Source: Cenococcum geophilum | Taxonomy: Eukaryota | Direction: 5' to 3' | Assembly (NCBI GenBank): GCA_050273025.1 | Contig: CP158635.1 | Location: forward strand, 1,736,001-1,800,000 | DNA: 64,000 nt | Shown here: piece after piece, positions 36,845 to 47,918 of the stretch | Numbering within the stretch: position 1 is the first letter of the stretch | Layout: the number at the start of each line of letters is the position of its first letter | Notes under the pieces: model-generated | What the model was told of the DNA's origin: nothing | The model's database searches: none | What the model saw: the letters and a program-made list of their open reading frames with translations, nothing else | Position numbers and translations under genes: made by a program

Positions 36845-37687
36845 GGTATTGACTTAAGAGTAGAACTAAAATTATGACAACGGATGATGATGTGAGTTAC
36901 AGCTGAAGGCTGAAGTGGTCCAAGCTTCCTGCAAAGAGTTGAGGCAGAATACTGTCAGTCTTTGGGTTCTTATGGATTCAAAGGACTTTAGCATAGGATG
37001 CGTGGGAAATTCAAATAGTTATCCGAAAGAATTGAAGGTATACTTCAGGCCTTTATGGAAGGCTTCCGGATGAAAGCCCACATAAGTGTCTGTTGACCTG
37101 AATCGGATTTCCTTACCACCGTCTTACCGTCGTCTTACCGCCTTGCTGCTTACCACCTGTTTCTGTTGCCTGGGCATACCTTATGTATATAGAGAGCCTC
37201 TGGAGCCAGCTTCAATCGACAGAGTTCTCATTCTTGATCGTCCTGTTCGATAGTGTCTCCTGTAGAAGCGCCCGGAGTAGTTGTCGATAAGTCACTGCCT
37301 ACTTGGATTACTCACAATAAAGACATCAAATTATCTAATACCATTACCAACTACTTCGTACAGTATTACTCCCCAAGATCTCAGCAAAAGAGAAGCAAAA
37401 GCAAGTCCCCGGGATATATGTGCAAATTGAGGGGGATCGCTCAAAGCCCAGCAAAAGCAGAAGTCCTAGCAGGCCATCATCGACATGTATACGTTAAGGA
37501 AAGGAAAAACCGAACAGCCCGCCGCCATTAATTTTTTACCCCTTTGCTCCAATCCTAACACCTCCAAACCCAACACTTAAAGATCGAACAGAAAACTCCT
37601 CCCCGAAATAGCAATTAGCAAATTACCCAATCTTTCCTTTCATCCAACCGCTAATAGCTAACTAGTGATGCTGGTGTTGATAATTTT

Positions 37688-40600
37688 TTACCCTTGCCTC
37701 GACACCTCCTCATTCGCTGGTGCACTCCCCACCACAGCCAGCGCTGCCTCGTCAGAAGCATTCTTCTGCTCATGTGCCTTGGTTGCATCAGCAGCTGAGT
37801 CATCCACATCCAGGGTTCTCTCCTTCCCCTTCCCTTCAACCGGCTTGACAACCTCAATGCTGACATCCGTGTCTTTCGAAAACACCCGCAAACCGACCAC
37901 GCACACGGCGTTCCATGGATCGCGTTCGAACTCGTCCTCTTCGTCTTCCTCATCTTTCCTGTCGACAGCCTCGGGGTAGAAGCGGTAGATGCGGGTTGCG
38001 TCGTCGTCGGCATCGGCATCGTCGGAGGAGTCCGGGCCGTCGAGCTCGCTGTCCCAGCTGCTATCGTCGCTCACGTCGCTAACGGACAGGCCGCTGCGGC
38101 CTAAAATGTGTAACACGTCACTTTCGCCGCCGGTCACGTGGATGCCGGGCCGGATGCCTGGGATGGGGGAAAGAGTGGCACGGCGCGAGGGAGCGGGAGA
38201 AGCGTTGCGGGAAGCAGGGCGACGTCCAGGGTTGGGGGAGATGGGGCGCTGGACTTGGGATGGGGTGCCTGGCCTACCGCTTTCCTCGCCGGGGTTGGGA
38301 TCAGGAGAGTCGGTGTCATTGTAGCCATCACGGCCGTTATAACCGTCCCGTCCATTGTAGCCGTCGCGTCCATTGTAGCCATCCCGCCCATTATACCCGT
38401 CGCGGCCGTTGTAGCCATCTCGGCCATTGTAGCCATCGCGCCCCTTGAAACCGCCTTCCGGTCCCTGGTTTTGATTGTATCCGCCGCGGCCTTGGTTGTA
38501 TCCGCTTCGGCCTTGGTTATATCCACTCCTGCCTGCAAATCCACCTGGGCTTGGCGAGCGTTCGTTAGGCCGGTCGATGGGAATAGTACTTGTGCTGACA
38601 GGCTTTTGATGTTGGGCTACGGCCGGGTGAATAGGCCTTGGTCCTTCTTCTCTTGACAGTCGGTCCGAGTGGGTATCGTCATCAACGCTTATACCAAGTC
38701 CATTAACGTCCTGAAGCTTCTTTACCAGCTGCTCTGCTGACGTCATCTGGGCATTCGCTCCGTCTTTCTTCGGCTTCTTCTCCGCATGCTTTAGCTCCTT
38801 TTTCTCCTGCCGTAGCTTGGCCTTCTTATGAAGCTTCTGGCGGGTTTCGTGGGCTTTCTTCATTTCCGCTTTTTTCCTCTCTTTCTTCTCTTCTTTCTCC
38901 CATCGCTGCTTCTCCCTCTCTTGCTGTCTGAACTGTCCCTTTGCATGTGCGAGGTCATAGCTGAGGCCAATCGAGAGTAACTTCTCTCTACGTTTGACAC
39001 AAGTCTCCCTTATGACTTGCTGTGGTGTTGGATTCGCGTACCTGGTAGCCTTTATCTTGAATAGAACAGTATAGTTGCCGGCTTCGAGATCCAATTCGCA
39101 GCTAACGGACCGCTTCATGTAGTAAGTGCCGTTGCTTCGGACGATGTATTCGTCTTCGTCGTCCTTGTGGAGGCGGAATTGGAGATGAAATTCATACTCA
39201 CCCTCAAGGCCCTGGTAGTAGCGGTCATCGAGCTGCGAAAGGACGATGACGACAGCACTTGGCTTCGAAAGAGTTATCTTGAACTTGGTGTCTAGATAGT
39301 CAACAGACCAAGGCACATTGACGCTAGTCCATTGCTGAGAAACGGTCCATTCCGGGCCAAAGAGCCTTGTCCTGTCAAAATGTTGATAGTTTCTGAGAAG
39401 ATCTTTATATGAAATCCAGAATACCTAAAACAAGTCCGTTAGCGCCTGTCTAAGAGGAGCATCAAATGGAAACTCACTCCATCGTCGCCGAATTTGTGGT
39501 TCAACTTTTGCATCCATTCCGGGGTCCATTCCTCAGAGCCGTCGCTCCACGGTCCGTTCCATTCTGTTTTACCCCAGGGGTTCCTGAGCTTTAGTAGCCG
39601 CTGGCCGTCAATATCCCTGGCTTCCATGATGGAATATGCGTGCTTCTCTTGGATGCCTTTGCGTTGACCGTAGATACCACCCATCTGCCCGCAGCCGAAG
39701 AGAAATGTCTTGTTCACGTTCATGAGCCCCTCATTCCAAAACTTGTCCTTGTCGAGGATATCTGTGGCAAACACTTCCGTAGTAACGCCTCCAGTGAGGT
39801 CCTCAATTCCCTCACTATGACTTGTTAGTCATAGCCTACGACACAAACAGTGAGGAGCTTACCCGACAAAGCCGCCATCGATGGCAGAATAGTCACCGTG
39901 CGCTTTCGCGTAGGCCTTTTCGAGCAGTGGCAGCCATGTTTCGTTCGGATCGCTGCATTGAGCAAAATAAAGTGCCCTTGAACCCGTTTGCATGACTGTG
40001 CGGTATTCCTCCTCCGGACTTTTTCGATTTTGTAACTCCAGCCATTGGTGTCGTCCGAGAGTGGCGTCATCAAAATCTTCTTTGATAAGGTATAGCTTGT
40101 CGTCAATGACTTCTGAAATCCATTCTCCATCTGGGAATTGTCAGATCTAGTTCCCAGGTCCTAAAGGTTCCATGTACTAACCTCTGTGGAACACGAAGCC
40201 ATATACACCCACTTGCTCGTCTTTTTCGACGCAAACTCTCTGAATCAAACCTTCCTTGTTGCTAAGTGTACATAATGCTGACATGAACCAGCAATCGCCA
40301 TCGTTTCCTTGTCGGACGTCGTTCGCGGTGGCGCCTTCAATAAAAAATTGGGGTTTCTCGAAAATGTCCTGCGGCTTGTTAGCGAGGTGTAACGGCGCAC
40401 TCGGATATCCCGCGGATTTCACCTCAATTCTCTTCACTGACATGGGCTGGAACTCTGTCTTGCCCTCGTTCAATGCTGTTAAACAATCTTGCGGTATATC
40501 TGGGTCTAGCTGCGATCGCTTGAAATCCAACTCGATGTCGAAGTGGGGATCCCTGTATTTCTGGTTGATCCTGCGACACTCCTTCACAATCTTGGCCACC

Positions 40601-40899
40601 TTTGCCCTGCAAGCGTCGGCAGCTTCCTGGTATGAAGCGACAGCATTCTGTCCGGGTATGGCACCCTTTGGGGCATGTGCGGCGGCTCGTTTGGCGTACA
40701 GGTTATCCGGGAGGATGGTGAAGATCTTGCCAGGATGCTTGGTGGTAAACTTGTCCCAGAACTCGTCAATGCTCTTCTGGGGCGGTTGTTTCTTCATTTT
40801 GGGTCTGGGTAGTGGTGGACCCTCGTTCACAATGGAGTGTGCTCTCGAGTGTGGTCTGGTGGTGTTGACGACGTCAAGATTCGATATCTGCGAGGCCAT
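37688..40899 (-). CDS. Calpain-like cysteine protease (CysPc domain) with coiled-coil and low-complexity C-terminal region
   Basis: Catalytic motifs QGNDGDCWF, KHAYSI and LRNPWG; WLPLLEKAYAK. Several GT-AG introns. Confidence 0.92.
38315..38535 (-). repeat. Coding tandem repeats (GRDGYN)x7 and (GRS/GGYNQ)x3 within the calpain gene
   Basis: Visible in the 37688..39316 translation; 18-bp and 21-bp units with synonymous variation. Confidence 0.9.
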
Positions 40900-43800
40900 T
40901 GCGGGTTGACGGGATCGCAGCGAGATAGTTACTGGCGGACCGAAGTACGGGATCGTATAGAGTCTGAGCCGCTGCCATCTAGGGAATCATGAAGGATTAT
41001 AAATGGTCGATGAGAAGAGAACGAAGGGTGCGGCTGACAAGCTCGCAACAAAAATATGGCTACAGCATTTCGAGTAACGGGTGGGGGCGGTAAAGGCAGC
41101 ATTAATCGGCGCAGCCGCTTTGAAAGCGTAAGGCGGGTGGGTTCGCATTCGGTGCAAAAGAGGGCTAACCACGGAGAATGCAGCACGGAGGGAGCGAGAA
41201 TGCATCGAGCACAGGACGCCCTTCCCCGTTTGCGCCAGAAGGCGGACGGATGCCTGTCGTGGCACTTAAGGCAGCGAACCACACGCATGGCATGTACGGG
41301 AGCGACTGTAGCTCCATTGGCGTTGTTCATGCATGGCGACGGCCTGCTCGAGGCCAGAATGGATGGCGTCGGATGCATCAGCCAGAGGCCCGTTGGTAAA
41401 GAGCCCATGCAGCACCAAGCCCCACCAAGCCACGCTAAGCCCAGCCGCCTGGCCATCTTGACCGCCCTCACCGCCGCGATGCAAGAAACGACGCATGAAA
41501 CGATGTAAGAAACGACGCAAAGAAACGTACACTTCATCTCTAGGATGACTCTAGTCTCTGCCCTCAACCACGCAAGTGACCCTGCGAAGTGACATCGATG
41601 CCTGTGACGCCAGCGACGGCATCATTACCTTTTGGGACGGTGGATGAGCTGGCTTGAGGGCTTGAGGACTCGACCTCCGACGGCTCCACGGCTTGGTGCT
41701 CTCACCGGCTTTATTGACAATCCTCGCAAGGAAAAAGGCAAGGTTGACAACCCTTTACCCTTTATCGACGTGGTCTGGAAGAGTCTCCAAACCTGTGAGT
41801 CTGCTTCAGAACCGCCTCTGCATGCTACGAGGTGCGTTTGTCGGTTATCAGGTGCACCGATCCCCCTCAGGCAGATACCGCTCTGCAGCTCGAAGAAGCG
41901 GCCGTAGTTGAGGGCGTCAGATGGTATGATTTGCCTTCTTTCGAGTCAGGGCGTGGCGGCGGATTGCAAAGCAGGGTTGGGGATTTGCCTGTGAAGTCAA
42001 CGACCAAAAATCAATTAGGAATCAGTATAGGACGAAAGGAAGCTGGTTGGAGTGTATGCATCTCTGATATCGACCCAGCGAAAATCATGTCTTAGTTGTG
42101 CCACTCTCGTGGTATCTGGTGGGCGAATAGTGCCTCAGTATCGGCTGTCCCTGCATATGCATCTGCATCCAGTAAGGCTGACGGCGGAGAAGTATCTTCG
42201 CCCTTACCGTGCTCCCTCGATCATGCTCACCTCAGATATGGTGCCAAGGAAGCTGGAAAACCCAACCTCTCATCTATATCACACCTCAATATACTCTTTG
42301 CGTGCGTCCGATGGGCCTAACACGTTTGTTACGTCTTCTTTTACCGCTCTTCAGCCCCTGCTACTAGCTTCGCATGCTAGTCGCTCGTTGCGCAGGGCCA
42401 GATTAACCAGTCAAGTCATCTTTCTTCTGTTCCACCGATCATGAATACCGTATTACGTGGCTGGCTGAACAATTTGTTTCTGCAAGCTGGACCCTGAACC
42501 CTCCCTATAAGCATCTACATTGAATTTCTAGGCACTCCTTGATTTAGTTACGACTGTATCCCTTCACACGCTGGCGTCCACAGCTTGGCGCCAAGCCTAT
42601 GAACATGAGTATCAACGCCAAGCTCTTAGGCGAACGAGAGCCTATGATTGGCCAATCCCTTGTCGATATGCGTGGACGCAAACCAGCGTGGAAAGGGATA
42701 TTTTTAAGTTCGCTTCCCAGAATATTAAGATGAACTGCAGACCATATAGGAACTGGATGTCTTTGAGAAGTAACTGATTTGCTGAGTACTTTAAGCCACG
42801 GCACTTTAGAAAGCCAGTCAATACACCTTAAATTATCCCCAAATTAGCTGCTTTCTGAATCTTGAGCGTTCCGGTCACCGAAAGCAATTCAAAATCCATC
42901 AAGGATCATAGCATACAATATCATGCTATGAGGGGTGAGTAAAGTGCTCCACACGATCCACTGGAAGGCTTGCTGATTGACCATCGTCTCACTGCATAGA
43001 TACCTCACCGATCCTAATATTTGATAGTTGAATGTATAAGGTTTTTATCCGAAGTTCCCCCGAAGTTCCCCCGATTCCCTATCATTCATTTCGACGTCGA
43101 GATATATCAATAGCTCCATTTCCGCCCCCAAACCAGATGCCTTCTCAAGGTCCTCCGTATTGCCATCGTATTCAGAGTCTGAGCTCGGGCAGAACGACGA
43201 TCTCATCCGGAATTCCTCTGCCGATGACCCTAAGAACGTCCACCGCAAATGCCTAGAACAGTTTCGCCCAGGCATCCGTCTCCCGTCTTGCGATGATGGC
43301 TTCTTCACCCCAGTACTCGTATCCTCTCTGAAAACCATCTATAAACGCCCTAACAGCTCCTCCTAACCCTTTGCTAGCGAGCGCAGTCACAAGTGATCTA
43401 GGACCAAATAGCCCTCCAAAGGACAGGAGCTCAAACAGGAGCACCAGCACCACAGCACCGGCCAAGACTTTCGCAATGATTCGCAGACGGCCCCGGAGAC
43501 CCTGAAGAAGGCTCTAAAGACGACTTAGTCGGTCAAGGGGCTCTAGTGGCAACAGAGGAAGCTCCATGTTCATCCCAATTGGTTCGGTATCCGTAAGCAG
43601 ACTCACAATGGAATTTTCGGGATGGAGAATGGTGTTGCTGGCCTAGTCTTAAACTTTCGGAGATCCAATCTTAGAATCGGTTCGGTTCTCGCGCGGACGA
43701 CCACGAGGGCGCGGAAAATCTTTGTGTGCGGGAACTTTTGCGGCCATGTTAGCTGTGTTGGCACGTGTTGTGATTGTAGTTGATGTGCGACTTAGGTCGA

Positions 43801-44451
43801 GGCTTTGGGACCGGTCTGTCAACGTGTCCCCTAGTGTTACTGCCCTGCTCCTGAGCTGCATAGTTCTGGCGGTGTGAACTTGTCAGCTCGATGCCGTGTG
43901 AAAAAGATGTGCTGTTGTTTAGGGGAGAGGCCAGGTAAGGGTCTGCTGTTGTTGGGCATATGGAGATCAAGAAATCGACCATTGAAGCCACGTGCCAGTG
44001 CCCTGAACACACTGCAAAATCCAGCATGGTCGACTTAACCACGCAAAACCTACGTCGTCTCCATCCATCTCACGCGCTTAGTCACCGCACCCACACCACA
44101 ACCAAAGCCATCCGCATGCACAGGCACTCACAACTTCGACCTAAGTTTTTGTCGAAGCAAACCCGAGAAAGCACACTAGCTACAGCCATGGGGTATAGAA
44201 AAAATGAACAAGGAAAACCACCGCCCCCTACCACCACCCCCTACCCATTACTATCCACCCGCCCATCTACCTCCATCCATCCCCAACCCCCCCCAATCCC
44301 AAAATGAGCTCTCTCAGCACCCACGCAGCCGCTGCAGCACGCAATTCAACCCCCTTCCGCATCGCGCCTCCACAGCTAAACCCCACAACACCCATCCCCG
44401 CTCCCCAATCAACCAACAACACCGCCCCCTTCCCTCTCCTCTTCCCCCCCT

Positions 44452-45464
44452 CTACTTCTCCTTCGGCTCGAACGCAGGATCGTCCAGCGGGCCCGAGGTG
44501 GCCGACATGCCGGGAGCCGCGGCGGAGGTCGGGGCGGCAGGAGCCGGGTCCGTCGTCTTGGCCCCGATCTCCTCGGACTCGGCGGGCTTGGCGGCTGTGG
44601 TGGGCTCGGCTGCCAAGGGGGGTTGGTTAGCGAGGTGGGAGCGGGTGGGAAAAGGGATGGGAGGGACGATGGGGAGGGTGGAGAGGCAAGAGAGCGGATG
44701 CACTGGGTAGGGCTGGCGGCTGGCGGCTGGCGGCGAGGCAGGGCGAGAGCAGAGGTTGGAACGCCAGGCAGATCTGAGCTCGGGAGGGAGTGCGGTTCCG
44801 AGATGTTTTGTCTCGGTGGACCGCCTGCTCCCTTGCCGGACGCGTGCCTGCCGCCTCCAGTGTGCCTCGGAGCCCTCGTTGTCAGCCTCGTGCCTGGCGT
44901 CAGCCATCACCCTTCCCCGTCGAAGCGCCCGCCCGCCCGCCCGCCACGTCCACGTCGCAAAGGGAATCCAACTCACGCTCTATCGCCTGCTTGACCTCCG
45001 TCAGCGCCGCTGCCTCCTCAAGCTTAGGCTCGCCCTGGGCCGGTGCGGCCGGCTGGGCCTCTGTAGGTGTCTCGGTGGTGGTCGTGGGCGCTGGTGCTGG
45101 TGCTTGCCCAGGGGCCGGAGCCGGCGGGTTGGCTTCAATCGGGGTGGCCTCGGGCGCCTCGGTGGTTGTGGCGGTGGCGGCGGGTTGTTGCTGTTGTTGT
45201 TGTTGCTGCTGCTTGTTCTTCCTGCGCTTGAACATGCCTTTGAAGGCCTTCTTGACCTGGGCGAGCGCGTCGGGTGCTGCGCGACGCTGGTTAGCTGGAT
45301 TACCGATTTTGGTAGTGCAGGTGCATGGTAGAGAGTGCTATAGAGTGTTTGCTGGGCCATAGAAGCATTGTGGATGGTGTTAGGTTGATGGGTGAAAGTG
45401 AGGCTGAGGAAGCTATGGGCGAGGAAGAGCTTCGTGTAGGGAGCTACTTACGAACTCCAGGCAT
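44452..45464 (-). CDS. Small Ala/Pro/Thr-rich hypothetical protein with a polyQ tract
   Basis: ATG at 45464 (MPGV|GTAAGT), exon DALAQVKKAFKGMFKRRKNKQ9, donor GTGAGT at ~44975, last exon ending GMSATSGPLDDPAFEPKEK*. Splice phases are consistent. Confidence 0.7.
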
Positions 45465-46112
45465 GACGTTGGATCGATGAGATTGGTTAAGCTTCAATGG
45501 TAGATAGATATAGCTTCAGACAGGAGCTCAGGCACGTCGAACAGGTTGCAGTTGCAAAATGAACGAGCAGAAGAGATGTCGTGATGCTAAAGAGCAGCGG
45601 CGGCGGCGAGGTAGTTATTGCTGTTAGGAGCAAGAGCTAGGGATGACGGCCAAAAAGGAAAGACACGCCCACCGCCGAACCACTAGAGCTAGTCACCCCC
45701 AGATTTCCGCTAAACATACGGCCAAGATCGTCGGTGCTATTTATAACCAGCAACTATCATTCGAGGAGTAGAAGTCCAGTTTCACCTTCGTGTTGCATAA
45801 GTTAACCGTTGGAATTTTCTGGAGACGTCCTTGGGTTCCCGCCCATGTACACAGCCATCGCTTACAACCTCTCGTGCTCCAGCCTACACCTACATCAAAC
45901 AAAGTGATACGTCCCAATAAAAGGTCTCCCTCCGTGGGGTCCTTGTCAACTATTTGTTACTCGTTGGGGGAAAATCCCAATGCTTTCCCAAATACATCAA
46001 TCCAGGACTCCGCCACAATGCATAACATTCTCAGCGTCAATGCACGTGTTACACTACTTGTCATCCACTTGAAACTAAAAGTGGCCATAGTACAGGCCAC
46101 ACTACATCAATT

Positions 46113-47710
46113 CTACGGATGCCCCTGGCCAGCCCAGGGCGCCCCAGCCGGTGGCATCGCGGTTTGCGGTGCGGAATAATTCTCGGATCCTTCCGGCTTC
46201 GCCCACGGCGCAGCTGTTGCGCTACCAGAAGAAGGCTGCGATACGGCAGTAGATGCAGCCCAAGGTGCTCTTGTAGGTTGGTTGGGATCACTTGGAACAG
46301 GGACAGGTCCCCGGGTAGGTTGGCGTGATGCCCACGGTGCCGCTGTTCCCCCCAAAGAAGCCATCTTCCCAGGCCCATTACTCCAAGGTGCCCGAGTTCC
46401 TTCTTGCATTAAATCCCTCAAAGGAACGCTCCTGCTTTGCGGAGGAGATATTGGTATTGATGGCTGGCTAGATGTATAAACCGACGCAATTACGGGGACC
46501 GCTGCTGGGTCTTTCTCCCAACAAAAGAGAGATCCGAAGGGGAAGTGTTGCACTACCGGGAATTTGGATAGTACCTCTGCATTGTACATCTTCAACATTC
46601 CCTGAAAAGTTGCTGTCAGGAGAATTTTTCAATAATGCCCAATATACTCGTCTTACCTTATTGATCTTCGCCCAACCAGCCTTTACTCCAGAGATGTCAA
46701 AAAGGATGGGGCTATGCTCCCAGAAGGGACCCCTCTTGACGTCGTAAATGAAACCTACCGCGCTGAAATACATGTTTTTCTTCCTTTCTCGCTCCACCAC
46801 CGCGGCTTTGGCTACGTCTGGCGGCTTTGGAGCGTCAAGCAAAGATCCTTCGGCGGCAACATCTGCAGGAGTGCTGATTGCGGGGGAGAGCTGTGCAGAC
46901 CCAAATATGTAAGGGAGAAACGAGTGGTCGTCTAAGCCCCATACACCATGAGACCCTGCTGGTTCGAGAGTGTAGGTCAAAATTAAGCGCCGAATAAGCT
47001 GTAAATAGCTGCCACAAAGTTAAAAATGCTTTAGAACATGCATCAGTGCGCAAGACTTACGGTTCAATAATACCGAGCACAATTGCCCTCTCTTCCACTC
47101 CGGGCTCGGCATTTGGAAACGCCCCAAGTTTCCATAAACAACCTAAAAATGCCAGAAAACTCAATTCGTGCCCGGTTCCATAATCCAGCCTTTGAGAACT
47201 ACCAAAGCTCCCAAGTAGATACGCTTGTAGTTCATCTTTGGCCAATGCTCCTTGGTCGGTATGTTCACCTAACGTAAGAACTTCAAGGGGCAAGTACTCG
47301 TCCATTAAGCTAGGAAGCCTATCTTTGACAATATTATACCATTTCCTGAAGCTGATATTGCCAAACCTGCGCGGTCCTGTGTCCGGAGGGGCTTCATCGA
47401 TGAAAGAACCCAGCCTATCCAGAAGCTGGCGGAGCTTCTGAACTATTGATGATAATGGTACATCGGAATCTTCAAGCTCCCAAGCCTTGACAGAATAAGA
47501 CCGCGATTCTCCCTCTTTTACAACTTTTCGAGGGAACATAGATGCATTTAGTTGAAAGAGAAATGTCATAATGTCGTTATATGCCTTTGTCGCAAGGAAG
47601 AATGAAACATCATCTCCATCATGTATTCGCTTCACCGGCAGAGCAAAGTTGTGCTCTAATTTGCGATCTAAAATGTCCAGAGGCTGGTGGGGTATCCTTG
47701 TGCCGGCCAT
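46113..47710 (-). CDS. RRD1: PP2A activator (PTPA), Rrd1/Ypa1-like
   Basis: [44 protein letters not shown]. Two introns. Confidence 0.92.
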
Positions 47711-47918
47711 GGTGTCTGCAGGTGGCGCCTGATAGACCTTCAAAGAACTGAAGGAGCCCTACCAGTAATTTTGCCAAGAAGCGTGACAGCGCGTTGGCCC
47801 TCGCGACGACCCCAACCGCCCCCACCTCTCATTCCCACCATCACCTCCGTACTACCGTGTCTATTATACGAATGTATTCGCTCAACCTATAGACTGCTCT
47901 AATATACCCAGTTTCGAT
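47711..47918. promoter_or_regulatory. Probable bidirectional promoter
   Basis: Only 208 bp between the divergent start codons at 47710 and 47919. Confidence 0.5.

Noticed and set aside
24558..37200. Starship giant transposon call
   Set aside because: The cargo-like content is suggestive, but no DUF3435 tyrosine recombinase or defined boundaries are visible.
40929..42804. Many overlapping short ORFs
   Set aside because: GC-rich upstream region of the calpain gene; no motifs or coherent splice structure.
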